This document shows positions 8,628 through 18,842 of a stretch of DNA of 63,235 nt, one piece after another. A program made the translations under genes and the position numbers. Numbering within the stretch: position 1 is the stretch's first letter; every line of letters starts with the position of its first letter. Under the pieces are notes generated by a model. It was not told where the DNA came from and ran no database searches. It saw nothing but the letters and a program-made list of their open reading frames with translations. Source of the stretch: Candidatus Micrarchaeota archaeon (lineage in GTDB: Archaea; Micrarchaeota; Micrarchaeia; Anstonellales; Bilamarchaeaceae); assembly GCA_964590665.1 (NCBI GenBank), contig CAZPWA010000002.1, forward strand, positions 1 through 63,235. Direction: 5' to 3'.

Positions 8628-10511
8628 ATGGCAAAAATAATTGGTATTGATTTAGGAACTTCAAATTCGGCAGCAGCATACTTGGAAGGAGGCTCTCCAA
8701 AAATTATTCCAAGTGCTGAAGGAATGACCCAATATGGAAAAGCATTCCCAAGTTATGTGGCTTTTACCAAAGATGGAAAGCTTTTGGTTGGTGAACCTGC
8801 AAGAAGACAGGCTGTAACTAACCCTGAAGGTACCATACGCGCAGTAAAGAGGCTTATGGGTTCTGGCCAAAAAGTAAAAGTCAAAGTTGGCTCCGAGTAC
8901 AAAGAATATACTCCTCAGGAAATTTCAGCTTTCATTTTGCAAAAAATCAAAAGGGATGCTGATGCCTTTTTGGGTGAAGATGTAAAATCTGCAGTCATCA
9001 CTGTTCCTGCTTACTTTAATGATAATCAGAGGCAGGCAACAAAAGATGCTGGAACTATTGCAGGTTTGAGCGTTGAAAGATTAGTCAATGAGCCAACTGC
9101 CGCATGCCTTGCATTTGGTGTTGATAAAGGCGGCAAAGACATGAAAATCATGGTCTTTGATCTTGGTGGAGGAACCTTGGATGTAACCATCATGGACTTT
9201 GGCGGAGGAGTTTTTGAAGTCAAATCCACAAACGGTGACACTCAACTTGGCGGAACCGATATGGATCGCATTATTGCAGAATTCCTCACTGATCAATTTA
9301 GAAAAGAAAGCGGTGTTGATGTTTCAAAAGACAAACAAGCCCAACAACGATTGATTGAAGGAGCTGAAAAAGCAAAGATTGAGCTTTCAACTACGTTGGA
9401 AACAGAAATCAATCTTCCATTTCTATCTATGATGAATAATGAACCTAAGCACTTTATTTACAAATTAACTAGGGCAAAGTTGGAAGATTTGATTAGACCA
9501 ATTGTGGATAAATGTCGTGGTCCAGTTGAAAATGCTCTTAAGGATGCAAAACTCACTCCTGCACAAATTGATAAAATTATTTTGGTTGGCGGTCCAACAA
9601 GAATGCCAATAATTCAAAAATTCGTTGAGGATTTGGTTGGCAAAAAGGTTGAGCGGGGAATCGATCCAATGGAATGTGTTGCAATGGGCGCAGCAGTCCA
9701 AGGGGGTGTTCTTTCTGGCGAAGTAAAAGATATTTTGCTTTTGGATGTAACTCCTCTTTCTCTTGGTTTAGAGACTATGGGTTCAGTTATGACCAAATTA
9801 ATTGAAAGAAACACAACCATTCCAACTAAAAAGAGCCAGGTGTTTTCAACTGCCGCAGATATGCAGCCTGCTGTTGATATTCACATTTTGCAAGGGGAAA
9901 GACCTATGGCAAAGGACAATGTTTCTTTGGGTAAATTCACTTTAACCGGAATTCCACCTGCGCCAAGAGGAACCCCACAAATAGAAGTTACTTTCGATAT
10001 TGATGCAAATGGAATTTTGCACGTTTCTGCAAAAGACAAGGCAACCAATAAAGAGCAGAGTATGCGTGTTACTGCGCCATTAAAGATGAATGAAAATGAC
10101 ATCAAATCCAAGATGCAGGATGCTGAAAAATACGCTGAAGATGATAAAAAAGCACTTGATTTAGCAACTGCCAAAAACGAAGCAGAATCAATGTCTTATG
10201 TGGCTAAGAAAACTTTGGATGACTTTAAGGATAAAATTAAAGATGACTTAAAGACCAAAATTGACGAAGCAAGAAAGAAATTGGATGAAACTGCAAAAAC
10301 CGACGATGTTTCAAAAATCAAAACTGAAACAGAATCTCTCAAAAAGATTCTTGAAGAAGTTGGCGCTTCTGTCTATGGGCAGCAGCAAGGTGCTCCGGGC
10401 GCAGGCGAAGCAGGCTCCTCAACTAACTCATCAAACGACTCCAAAAAAGGTTCGGATGGTGATGATGTGGTTGAAGGAAACTTCGAGAAGGTTGATGATA
10501 AGAAAAAATAA
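8628..10511 (+). CDS. dnaK: Hsp70 chaperone DnaK
   Basis: [19 protein letters not shown] and the [11 protein letters not shown]-type motif across a full-length 627-aa protein. SD aggtga upstream. Confidence 0.98.
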   Translation: MAKIIGIDLGTSNSAAAYLEGGSPKIIPSAEGMTQYGKAFPSYVAFTKDGKLLVGEPARRQAVTNPEGTIRAVKRLMGSGQKVKVKVGSEYKEYTPQEISAFILQKIKRDADAFLGEDVKSAVITVPAYFNDNQRQATKDAGTIAGLSVERLVNEPTAACLAFGVDKGGKDMKIMVFDLGGGTLDVTIMDFGGGVFEVKSTNGDTQLGGTDMDRIIAEFLTDQFRKESGVDVSKDKQAQQRLIEGAEKAKIELSTTLETEINLPFLSMMNNEPKHFIYKLTRAKLEDLIRPIVDKCRGPVENALKDAKLTPAQIDKIILVGGPTRMPIIQKFVEDLVGKKVERGIDPMECVAMGAAVQGGVLSGEVKDILLLDVTPLSLGLETMGSVMTKLIERNTTIPTKKSQVFSTAADMQPAVDIHILQGERPMAKDNVSLGKFTLTGIPPAPRGTPQIEVTFDIDANGILHVSAKDKATNKEQSMRVTAPLKMNENDIKSKMQDAEKYAEDDKKALDLATAKNEAESMSYVAKKTLDDFKDKIKDDLKTKIDEARKKLDETAKTDDVSKIKTETESLKKILEEVGASVYGQQQGAPGAGEAGSSTNSSNDSKKGSDGDDVVEGNFEKVDDKKK

Positions 10512-10550
10512 TTTTTTAACTTTTTAATTCTTTTGATCTAAGGGGTTCTG

Positions 10551-10940
10551 ATGGCATTTAAGAAAAATTATCATTTGGTTCTGGGGGTTTCCAAAAGCGC
10601 TTCGCAAGATGAAATAAAGGCAGCTTATCGAAAATTAGCATTGGAATTTCACCCTGACCGAAACAAAAACCCTGATGCAGAAAACAAATTCAAGGAAATT
10701 AGTGAAGCCTACGCAATTTTATCTGGCAAAATGGAAGAGCCTAAAATTGAAGAGCCAATTTACAAAACATCAACCCAAGTGTGGAATGATTTTTTCAAGC
10801 AAAACGTTCTAGTTGAAGAGGCAATTCATTTGAGAATGTGCAAAATCTGTAAAAAGAATCGAAACAATTGCCAAAATTATGCAATGATTAAATCTCTTAA
10901 GTCTATATTTACTAAAGAATCTGATAATGCTTATGTTTAG
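10551..10940 (+). CDS. stand-alone J-domain protein (DnaJ N-terminal paralog)
   Basis: 129 aa with a J domain carrying HPD ([33 protein letters not shown]). It lacks the G/F region, zinc finger and C-terminal domains. Confidence 0.8.
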   Translation: MAFKKNYHLVLGVSKSASQDEIKAAYRKLALEFHPDRNKNPDAENKFKEISEAYAILSGKMEEPKIEEPIYKTSTQVWNDFFKQNVLVEEAIHLRMCKICKKNRNNCQNYAMIKSLKSIFTKESDNAYV

Positions 10941-10951
10941 CGGTGTTTTTT

Positions 10952-12064
10952 ATGAGCGCAAAGGGAGACTACTATGAAATTTTAGGCGTTGCAAAAAACG
11001 CTTCTGCTGATGAAATAAAAAGCGCATATAGAAAACTTGCTCTAAAATATCATCCTGATCGAAATAAGGATGCAGGGGCAGAATCCAAATTCAAGGAAAT
11101 TAGCGAAGCGTATGCGGTTTTATCTGATTCAGATAAGCGCTCCAAATACGATCAATATGGCCACGCTGGATTCGATCAAATGTATTCACAGGAAGATATT
11201 TTCCGTGGCGCCAATTTCCATGATTTTGATGATATTTTTGGCGGAGATAGTCCCTTTGGTTCAATGTTTGGATCTATGTTTGGCTCCATGTTTGGAGGCT
11301 CTAGAAGAAGAGGCGATTATGGATCCGATTTACAAGCTGAAGTTGAAATAACTTTGGAAGAAGCTGCTAAAGGCGTAAAAAAAGACATCATTTATTCAAG
11401 AAACAAAGTTTGTGATCACTGCGAAGGAGATAAGGCTGAGCCTGGAACTGATACTAAAAGATGTGAAACCTGTAAGGGAAGAGGCCAGGTTCAACAAGCA
11501 AGACGGGCGGGTCCAATGCAGTTTGTTCAAGTGGTAACTTGCCCAAATTGTGAAGGTGAAGGAATTTCTTTTGATAAACCCTGCTCAAAGTGCAAGGGAA
11601 GCGGAAGAACTTCAATTAAGGAGCATCTCAAAGTTGATATTCCAGAGGGAATTGATTCTGGAATGAGGCTTCGCCTTTCTGATTTAGGTGAATACGGATC
11701 CGATGGAAGCGGTGATTTGTATGTTCTTGTAAATATCAAAGATCATCAAATCTTTACTCGAGAAGGCGAGGATTTGAAAATCGATATTCCGATTTCATTT
11801 TCAACTGCTGCTCTTGGCGGATCAATTGAAGTTCCAACTCTTTTTGGAAAAGCAAAACTATCAGTTCCATCAGGAACTACTTCTCACACTACTTTTAGGT
11901 TAAGAGATGAGGGTATGCCTCGTCTTAGAAAAACCGGAAAGGGAGATGAATTAGTTCGTTTAATTATCGATGTTCCAAAAAAACTTACTTCCAGGCAAAA
12001 AGAATTATTGGAAGAATTTGAAAATGAAAATAAAACAAAGAAAAAAGGTTTATTTGGATTTTAG
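10952..12064 (+). CDS. dnaJ: type I co-chaperone DnaJ
   Basis: J domain (HPD), a G/F-rich stretch ([14 protein letters not shown]), four CxxCxG zinc-finger repeats and C-terminal domains. The track starts at GTG 10943; ATG 10952 gives [13 protein letters not shown]. Confidence 0.95.
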   Translation: MSAKGDYYEILGVAKNASADEIKSAYRKLALKYHPDRNKDAGAESKFKEISEAYAVLSDSDKRSKYDQYGHAGFDQMYSQEDIFRGANFHDFDDIFGGDSPFGSMFGSMFGSMFGGSRRRGDYGSDLQAEVEITLEEAAKGVKKDIIYSRNKVCDHCEGDKAEPGTDTKRCETCKGRGQVQQARRAGPMQFVQVVTCPNCEGEGISFDKPCSKCKGSGRTSIKEHLKVDIPEGIDSGMRLRLSDLGEYGSDGSGDLYVLVNIKDHQIFTREGEDLKIDIPISFSTAALGGSIEVPTLFGKAKLSVPSGTTSHTTFRLRDEGMPRLRKTGKGDELVRLIIDVPKKLTSRQKELLEEFENENKTKKKGLFGF

Positions 12065-12900
12065 TTTTTCAAAAATTCAACTAAAAGATCATCAAGTTTT
12101 GGAGTGACTGACCCCTCAACTCCGAATATTTCGGATCCATGCCCCTCTGGATATGCTTTTAGCTGCTTTGAACCTGCGCCAGTGATTTCCATCATTGAAT
12201 TTACTGAATTTCTAGAATCTGGGTCATCATTTGCGCTTGTGACAATCAACAACTTTCCTCTAAAGTTTTGAATTGCTTCCCGTGTACTTACATCTCTATA
12301 GCCAAATGCAGGGGATAAAAGTGCTTCTTTTGTAAATTCTCTATCTTCACTTGCAAGGATTGTTGCAGTTGAACCAATGCTTGCGCCTACTGCATACGCT
12401 TCTCTAATACTTGGATATAGATTTTTTGCATAATTTTTAGCTGCAATTACATCGTTTTTCATATTTGCGATATCTTGCGTTTGCAAACTTATGTCATCTC
12501 CCAAATTGGTGCTTCTTCCATGGCCTCGTAAATCTATTGCCATAATTATTGAATTAGGAATTTCATTTTGCATTTTTTCAATAAAGTAGTCTGGATAATC
12601 ATACCTGTCGTGCGAGTACATGTGTGCTAAAACAATCACTTTTGTCGGATTATTCGAGTTTCTATGCATGGTCGCATATATGTTCCATCCATCTGAATTG
12701 AAATTTACTTCTCTACTTTCAAAAACGCTTGTGCTTTGTGTATCATCTGTATTTTGATTTGTATTTGTGCTTCCTGAGTCTGAGGTCTGAGTTACTTGAT
12801 TACTCTGTCCTGTCTGTGTTGGACTTTGGGGCGTACTTTGGCCAACACAGCCAAATAATAATATTGCAAAAAGCAATCCTATCAATATGTAGTTTTTCAT
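12061..12900 (-). CDS. secreted alpha/beta-hydrolase fold protein (putative lipoprotein)
   Basis: Lipobox-like LLFGC, a Thr/Ser/Gln-rich linker, HGRS and a GxSxG nucleophile elbow (GASIGS). Confidence 0.65.
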   Translation of the reverse strand: MKNYILIGLLFAILLFGCVGQSTPQSPTQTGQSNQVTQTSDSGSTNTNQNTDDTQSTSVFESREVNFNSDGWNIYATMHRNSNNPTKVIVLAHMYSHDRYDYPDYFIEKMQNEIPNSIIMAIDLRGHGRSTNLGDDISLQTQDIANMKNDVIAAKNYAKNLYPSIREAYAVGASIGSTATILASEDREFTKEALLSPAFGYRDVSTREAIQNFRGKLLIVTSANDDPDSRNSVNSMMEITGAGSKQLKAYPEGHGSEIFGVEGSVTPKLDDLLVEFLKN

Positions 12901-12934
12901 AATTAGGTTTTTTCTCTATTTTTTATAATTGTTC

Positions 12935-13678
12935 TTATTTTGCAAGTAAATTGCAAATTTCTAAAACTGCCTCTTTATCTAGTGTTTTTGCCCTTTTAGT
13001 TGCATAATCTCCTATTTTTTCTATTTCTTCTTTTGAATACTTTTTAGAGTCCAAAAGTGCATTTCTAACTGTTTTATTCTTGTGCTGATATAAAAATCGT
13101 ATTATGTCTTCCTGCTCCTCTGTTAATTTGGCATTTGTTGGAATTATTTCTATTATTGCCGAATCAACTTGAGGCATTGGTCTAAATAGGTGATTTGGAA
13201 CTGTTTTGAGTATTTTTGTCTTGAAAAAAATCTGACTGGTTACGCTCAATCTCCCGTAATTTCCCTCTCCGTGTTTTTGTACCATTTTTTTAGCGAATTC
13301 TTTTTGAACCATTAAAATTGCTTTTTCTATTTTTTTGTCTTTAAGGGCAAATATTATCTCTGATGAAATGTAATATGGTATGTTTCCAAAAACCACATCT
13401 ACTTTTGGAAATTCAATTTCTAAAAAATCTCCTTCAATTACTTCGATTCTCTTGCTTTGTGCAAATTTCTCTCTTAAAATTTGTGCAAATCTTGAATCTT
13501 TTTCAACTAAATATAATTTTTCTGGATTTTTTGCTTCTATTATTTCTGAGAGTCTTCCATCTCCTGGTCCAATTTCAAGAACTGTCTTTCCCTCTAGTTT
13601 TCCAGCTGCTTCTGCTTCGTATCTAAGGATGTTTTTATCCTCCATAAAGCATTGGCCTAGTGATTTTTTTCTCTGCAT
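12935..13678 (-). CDS. rsmA: 16S rRNA (adenine-N6,N6)-dimethyltransferase KsgA/Dim1
   Basis: LGQCFM...VLEIGPGDGRLSE (SAM motif I) and FGNIPYYISS (catalytic NxPY), at the typical length. Confidence 0.9.
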   Translation of the reverse strand: MQRKKSLGQCFMEDKNILRYEAEAAGKLEGKTVLEIGPGDGRLSEIIEAKNPEKLYLVEKDSRFAQILREKFAQSKRIEVIEGDFLEIEFPKVDVVFGNIPYYISSEIIFALKDKKIEKAILMVQKEFAKKMVQKHGEGNYGRLSVTSQIFFKTKILKTVPNHLFRPMPQVDSAIIEIIPTNAKLTEEQEDIIRFLYQHKNKTVRNALLDSKKYSKEEIEKIGDYATKRAKTLDKEAVLEICNLLAK

Positions 13679-13714
13679 TTTTTCATTCTCGTTTTTCCAT
13701 TCTCTTTTGGATTT

Positions 13715-13966
13715 TTATAATATGTGTTTTTCCCGTATTCCCTCTAAAATCAAAATCGCATCCATAAAACCATATGCATAATTGGCCGCTCCAAAACTCG
13801 TAAAATAATCTCCGTTTTTGTAAAAATGCTCTGCATCTTTTCCATAATTTCGTGCAGTTTCCATCAACGCAGGATATTTTACTGAAAGATTCAAATGATC
13901 TACTATGTCCATTATGGCCCAAAGTTTTTCCAAATCTTTTTTTGCCCTCTCTTTTTCATCCATCAA
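13715..13966 (-). CDS. small conserved archaeal protein, DUF357-like
   Basis: 83 aa with a GDYFTSFGAANYAYGFMDA motif, sitting immediately upstream of ksgA as in many archaea. Recalled from memory, not searched. Confidence 0.45.
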   Translation of the reverse strand: MMDEKERAKKDLEKLWAIMDIVDHLNLSVKYPALMETARNYGKDAEHFYKNGDYFTSFGAANYAYGFMDAILILEGIREKHIL

Positions 13967-13968
13967 AA

Positions 13969-14475
13969 TCAGACCTCAAAAACCAATTCCTTCATCATTC
14001 TTTTGGGTTTATCTTCTGCATCTGTTTCGGAATATCCAAGTGCAAGCAGGGCAACCGGAATTTCATACTCCTTTGCATCAACTGCGCGAAGTATTTCAAG
14101 AGGGTGATAGTCGTTAATGAATACTGATGCAACTCCTTCATTTGTTGCACACAAATGCGCATAGTTCGTTGCATTGAGGGCATCTCTTATTGCAATTAAT
14201 TCTGATCTTTCTCCATATTTTGTTTCTGCTTTCTTTATGTCTGCGCAAAAGAGAACCAAAACAGGAGCCTTTGTTATGAATTCCTGATAATCGCAAGCAA
14301 CCATCACATTGTCCTTGGCTTTTTCGCTTCCAATGACATATATTTTGTATGCCTGAAGCTCACTTGGAGCTAAAATTGCACTTTGAATTATTTTTCCCAG
14401 TTTTGAATATTCAACTGGCTTCTCTAAAAAATTTGGTAATTTTTCCTTGGATCTAAGTAATTCCAAAAAGTCCAT
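13969..14475 (-). CDS. nitroreductase-family protein
   Basis: N-terminal pattern LLRSKEKLPNFLEKPV...IIQSAILAPSELQAYK resembles the R-S-x-R...APS..N.QP nitroreductase signature. Size 168 aa. Confidence 0.55.
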   Translation of the reverse strand: MDFLELLRSKEKLPNFLEKPVEYSKLGKIIQSAILAPSELQAYKIYVIGSEKAKDNVMVACDYQEFITKAPVLVLFCADIKKAETKYGERSELIAIRDALNATNYAHLCATNEGVASVFINDYHPLEILRAVDAKEYEIPVALLALGYSETDAEDKPKRMMKELVFEV

Positions 14476-14573
14476 CTAATCATCTTCCTTATGTATTACT
14501 AATATTAGAAGTATATTATTAGAAAGTATTTGATTTATGATTTTATTTAAAATTAGTTGTGTTAATATAAGGT

Positions 14574-14687
14574 GTCAGCAGCAGCGTACTTTCCCACCCG
14601 AAGGGTAGTACACATAGCGCCGTGAAAAAGCTTAACTTCTGAGTTCGATAAGGGATCAGGTGTTTCCTTTTTCCTATGACCGCTGAC
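14574..14687 (-). rRNA. rrf: 5S ribosomal RNA (stand-alone, boundaries +/-5 nt)
   Basis: The minus strand reads gtcagcggtcatagg...cctgatccc.tatcgaactcagaagttaagc...ggcgc...gtactac...gggaaagtacgctgctgctgac. The ends pair (gtcagc/gctgac). It is a GC-rich island in AT-rich spacer. Confidence 0.85.
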
Positions 14688-14711
14688 ATTCAATATATAT
14701 GATGATATTGG

Positions 14712-14719
14712 TTTATAAA
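14712..14719 (-). promoter_or_regulatory. TATA-box candidate for the 5S rRNA gene
   Basis: tttataaa centred ~28 nt upstream of the inferred 5S 5' end, which is the expected archaeal TATA-to-TSS distance. Confidence 0.45.
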
Positions 14720-14743
14720 CATTCGCTCGTTCATTCGTAATTT

Positions 14744-15613
14744 ATGCTAAAATCTTTGTCCCAAATCTGGATTCTATATCGTGAATCTATAAAAAAATCT
14801 CTGGATTCTCTCGTTTCTCTCGGCTTTGAGTTTGCAAAACTTGACTTCGCATCCTCGTTACTTGGCCTGCTTTCTGTTTTTCCAATCCTCGTTTTTCTCT
14901 ATCTTTTTGGATCCACAGTTCTTGATACTCTCTCTGCAATTTTTACTTCAAATGATCCGCTCTCTCATATGAATTCTCTAATCTCATCTCCTCTTTTCTG
15001 GATTGTTCTGGCATTATATGGATTAATTTTGTTGGTTCTTTCACCTCTCTTCTATTCGCTTTCTCTTTACAAATATATTCTGGTCGATTCCAAAAAAACT
15101 TCTTCTATAATTGATTATACAAAATCAAACTATGTTAGGTTTTTTGTTTTTGGTCTTATTAGTTTTGCAATTTTATCTCTAGTTTCTCTGTTCTCTCTTT
15201 TGATAGCATACACGATACCATTTGTAGGATTTTGTATTTTCTTTATTCTTATATTTCTTCTTTTGGTGTGGCTTATTTTTGCAATGCCTTATGCTTCGAT
15301 CACTATCGCCCTGACAAATCTTTCTCCGTTGGATTCAATAAAAAATGGTTTGGATTTGGTAAAAAAAGCGCCTTCAAAGACCTTCTTTTATCTCGTTTTT
15401 CAACTTTTAACGGCTCTTCCATTTATTGCTCTAAACTTTGTTTTCGAATTTATTTGGAGTATTATTTACGGTGTTTTATCCGCTTTCTCTCCTTTGGTTG
15501 CTGATATTTTGGATTTTTTTGTTTTAAATGTCGGATCTTACTTGATTATGCTTCCTTTTGCCATTTTTTCAGTTATTTTTGTTTATGGAGTCTGGAAGAG
15601 CATCCAAAAGTAA
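14744..15613 (+). CDS. polytopic membrane protein, unknown function
   Basis: 289-aa ORF with about 6-7 hydrophobic helices. No motif recognised. Confidence 0.55.
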   Translation: MLKSLSQIWILYRESIKKSLDSLVSLGFEFAKLDFASSLLGLLSVFPILVFLYLFGSTVLDTLSAIFTSNDPLSHMNSLISSPLFWIVLALYGLILLVLSPLFYSLSLYKYILVDSKKTSSIIDYTKSNYVRFFVFGLISFAILSLVSLFSLLIAYTIPFVGFCIFFILIFLLLVWLIFAMPYASITIALTNLSPLDSIKNGLDLVKKAPSKTFFYLVFQLLTALPFIALNFVFEFIWSIIYGVLSAFSPLVADILDFFVLNVGSYLIMLPFAIFSVIFVYGVWKSIQK

Positions 15614-15677
15614 AATCATCTATTTTTTTATTCTCTACTCTATAGTATTTCTCTATAATATTAATTGAGGCTTTATT

Positions 15678-17213
15678 ATGAATGATCAATCAAAAGCAAA
15701 CGAAGCAAAACATCAACACTGGTCAACTTGGCTTGCCCAAAAAGTAATTTCTGAAAAAAAGGAACCATATGTTATTTCTGGAGGTATGACTACTTCAGGG
15801 CCAGCACATTTGGGAACCTTATGCGAATTTTTATTTCCATCTGTAATTAGGGATGCTCTAAAGAAAGAAGGGAAAGATTCCAAATTCTATTTTGTTGCAG
15901 ATATTCTCGATGCATTTGATTCTGTTCCTTTGGATATGGAAGTCCATAAAGCATTCCTTGAACCTCACTTGGGAAAACCTCTCTGTTTTGTTCCTGATCC
16001 AACTAAAACCAGTAAAAGTTTTGGTGATTTCTACTTGGATGAAGCACATGCTCTTATGAAAAAATTCCACGTGGAGCCTCAATTGATTCGCATTAATGAA
16101 TATTATGAACAAGGTAAATTCGATGACTGGGCAAAATTCTACTTAAAAAATGAGGCAGAAACCCGAAAAATTGTTGAAGAAACAAGCGGGAAAGCCGAAA
16201 AGAAAGATTGGTCTCCGATTCAGCCAATTTGCCAGGGTTGTGGCAAAATTGCAACAACTCGTGTTCTTTCGCACACTGTTGATGAATATAGTTATGTTTG
16301 CGATAAAGATGTCAAATACACAAAAGGCTGCGGTTTTAGCGGCAAAAACAAGATTTCTGATCACAAATACAAATTGGTTTGGCGTCTACACTGGCCAGCC
16401 TGGAAGCAAATTTTCGGAACTAGTATTGAAGGTGCTGGAATTGACCATCATACTAAAGGCGGATCTGAAGATACTTGCTGCGCAATTACTACTCAACTTT
16501 TCAAAAAAGAACACGAAATAACCTATCGATACGGTTTCATTTTGTTCCAAGGTAAAAAATATTCAAAATCCAAAGGAATCGGTATGGGAGTTAGAGATAT
16601 GGTAAAGCTTCTTCCTCCTGAAGTAATCAAATACATTTTAGTGAGACCTGACTTGGAGGAAAACATCGATATCGATCCAAACCCCGAAAACCTTCTTAAA
16701 AGTTTAGAAGATTTTGAAGGCTCATCAAAACTAGATCAATCTAAAATGGAAGAAATGAATCGGGCAGATAGAAAACGTGCAATTGCGTTTTCTCTTTGTA
16801 CAAAAAAACTTCATTGGGTTTCCTTTTTGGATTTATTATTGTACTACCAAATTTACCAAAATTGGGAGCAGGTTGCTAAAAAAACTGGAGACGTTGAGGG
16901 ATCCAAATATCTCGCCCCATTCATTGAAGAATGGATAAGAAGAGATTTTATCCCTGAAGAATACAAATTCAAATATCAACCTAAAAAAGATGCACCAAAG
17001 CACGTAAAGGATCTGATTTCTTCCTTAAATGATTCTATGGATGCTCTTGCAATACATCATGCAACTTTTGAATTTTCAAAAGCACATTCAATTGAACCAA
17101 AGCAGATGTTTGCCGATATCTATAAATCGCTTTTAGGGAAAGAAAAAGGTCCTCGTGCTGGAAAACTGATTGCAGCTTTAACTCCATCAAGGATAAAGTC
17201 AGATCTTAGTTAG
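15678..17213 (+). CDS. lysS: class I lysyl-tRNA synthetase
   Basis: HIGH-type motif (GPAHLGTLCEF), KMSKS-type motif (KYSKSKG) and a Cys cluster CQGCGK. Archaeal class I LysRS architecture at ~511 aa. Confidence 0.9.
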   Translation: MNDQSKANEAKHQHWSTWLAQKVISEKKEPYVISGGMTTSGPAHLGTLCEFLFPSVIRDALKKEGKDSKFYFVADILDAFDSVPLDMEVHKAFLEPHLGKPLCFVPDPTKTSKSFGDFYLDEAHALMKKFHVEPQLIRINEYYEQGKFDDWAKFYLKNEAETRKIVEETSGKAEKKDWSPIQPICQGCGKIATTRVLSHTVDEYSYVCDKDVKYTKGCGFSGKNKISDHKYKLVWRLHWPAWKQIFGTSIEGAGIDHHTKGGSEDTCCAITTQLFKKEHEITYRYGFILFQGKKYSKSKGIGMGVRDMVKLLPPEVIKYILVRPDLEENIDIDPNPENLLKSLEDFEGSSKLDQSKMEEMNRADRKRAIAFSLCTKKLHWVSFLDLLLYYQIYQNWEQVAKKTGDVEGSKYLAPFIEEWIRRDFIPEEYKFKYQPKKDAPKHVKDLISSLNDSMDALAIHHATFEFSKAHSIEPKQMFADIYKSLLGKEKGPRAGKLIAALTPSRIKSDLS

Positions 17214-18247
17214 AACCATTGTTCTAATTTGGATTGATTTCCTTTTTCCTTTGTTATTCTTATCAATTCGTCAACTGTTTTTTCGACCCTCTCCAAATTG
17301 AAATCATGTTCTTCAACAAGGATTTTTTTAATTTCCTCCTTTTTAGGCTCTTCAAAAATTATTTTTCCTGGATCTGTAAACGGAGGCTCGATAAACATTT
17401 TATATACTTCTTCAATATCAACTTCAAATTCGAAATTGTGTTTCTCTTTCAAATACGCAACCAGTTCATTTAGGCTCTTTACTTCTGAAACTATTTTGAG
17501 TGCCTTCTTTGGTCCAATTCCTTTAACTCCATCGTTAAAATCTGTCCCAACCATTATTCCAACTAAAATTAGTTGCTCTCTAGTCAATTTCAATTCGCTA
17601 AGCACTTTAGATAAAACTATTTCTTCTGTTTCAACAAGTATGTATTTATCTTGTCTTGGGATTTTTCTTCTTCCTGTTATTGAAATGTTTCTAACTAACC
17701 GATCCGATCCAAAAAGCAGCGCATCGTAATCTTGGGATCCTGTTGCATATGCAAGGCCTTTTTGAACCATCACTGAAGCCTGGGCTTCTCCATCAACAGG
17801 AGCCTGAACAAAAGGAACTCCAAGTGCTTTTAAAAATTTCTTGCTCTCTTCAACCATCGGCATTGTCAATCTGGAAGTTGCCTGAGCATATTTTTTAGCT
17901 TCTTCGAATTTTTCTTCCTCTATTGCCTTTTTCCATTTTTCATTTGCGCTCAGTTTTAGTTCGTTTCTTGCATCGATTGTTTTTCTCTTCAAGTCTGATG
18001 CCTTTCCATCAAAAACAAATACTGGTTTTATTCCATGTTCTAAAAATCTAGTCGTTCTATAAAAAAGTCCTGAAAGGTGTGCCGTTGGGTTTCCCTTAAA
18101 ATCCATTAAAGGTGTTCCATCTTCTTGTCTTATTGATGATAGAAATTGGTATATCATATTGTAAGCATCAATTGCGATTACTTTTCCATTTAGATAATCT
18201 AGGGAAATCGTATTTTTTTCGACAATTCCTCCTAAATCAACTCCCAT
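17210..18247 (-). CDS. fen: flap endonuclease 1
   Basis: MGVDLGGIV...IAIDAYNMIYQFLSSIRQEDGTPLMD...THLSGLFYRT, then the I-domain GSQDYDALLFG and an H3TH region. Confidence 0.95.
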   Translation of the reverse strand: MGVDLGGIVEKNTISLDYLNGKVIAIDAYNMIYQFLSSIRQEDGTPLMDFKGNPTAHLSGLFYRTTRFLEHGIKPVFVFDGKASDLKRKTIDARNELKLSANEKWKKAIEEEKFEEAKKYAQATSRLTMPMVEESKKFLKALGVPFVQAPVDGEAQASVMVQKGLAYATGSQDYDALLFGSDRLVRNISITGRRKIPRQDKYILVETEEIVLSKVLSELKLTREQLILVGIMVGTDFNDGVKGIGPKKALKIVSEVKSLNELVAYLKEKHNFEFEVDIEEVYKMFIEPPFTDPGKIIFEEPKKEEIKKILVEEHDFNLERVEKTVDELIRITKEKGNQSKLEQWF

Positions 18248-18256
18248 CCAATCCCT

Positions 18257-18760
18257 TCAGTTTTTCTTCATTTGCGCTTCTAAAAGGTCTGCAAGAGTTG
18301 GCTCGCTAAACTTTTTGGTTGTAACTACCGTTGGATTTACTTCCTTTGCGATTTTTTCAACCAATTTTACATTTAATTCCTTTTCTAGTTTCTTTGCAAC
18401 GCTAATTGATGGGTTTACTCTTCCATTTTCCATTGCATGAAGGTAACTTTCAGTTTCCTTTATTCTTTCTGCAAGTGTTGCAGTTGGAATATTCATTTTT
18501 TCTCTTGCACTTTTGATTATTGATGAGAAATTTTCAACTACTTCTTCCCCACTATCGAACGCTGGTTTGTTTTCTCGTACTGTATTATCATTGACTGCTT
18601 CCTTTGCCCTTTCTTCGTTTTCAAATATCTGTATGACCTTTCCGCCTCTTCCGCAGTTTCCACAGGTCATCATTTTTGCGCCTTCTATCTGAACTAATGC
18701 CTTAACTGAGGCTTTTCCGCAAATTTCACAATATGCTTTGGTGATCATTTTACTCCCCAC
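18257..18760 (-). CDS. mbf1: archaeal multiprotein-bridging factor 1 (zinc ribbon + HTH)
   Basis: N-terminal CEICG...CGNCG zinc ribbon and a C-terminal Cro/C1-type HTH (TLAERIKETESYLHAMENGRVNPSISVAKKLEKEL). Confidence 0.8.
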   Translation of the reverse strand: MGSKMITKAYCEICGKASVKALVQIEGAKMMTCGNCGRGGKVIQIFENEERAKEAVNDNTVRENKPAFDSGEEVVENFSSIIKSAREKMNIPTATLAERIKETESYLHAMENGRVNPSISVAKKLEKELNVKLVEKIAKEVNPTVVTTKKFSEPTLADLLEAQMKKN

Positions 18761-18842
18761 TAATTACTAATTTATCTATTAGTTATACTATACTATTACT
18801 ATTTCCAAATCTATAAAAACTAGTATTAGTTTATTCTATTTC

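Noticed and set aside
13380-13922. ORFs 13380..13781 (+), 13363..13626 (+) and 13683..13922 (-) around ksgA/DUF357
   Set aside because: They are antisense or out-of-frame overlaps with the motif-supported KsgA and the DUF357-like gene, with junk-like composition.
14497-14512. 10-bp palindrome ctaatattag upstream of the nitroreductase-like gene, and similar attactaat/attag strings upstream of mbf1 (18761-18800)
   Set aside because: These are short A/T-only palindromes in very AT-rich promoter spacers, expected by chance. I could not establish a shared longer motif by eye.
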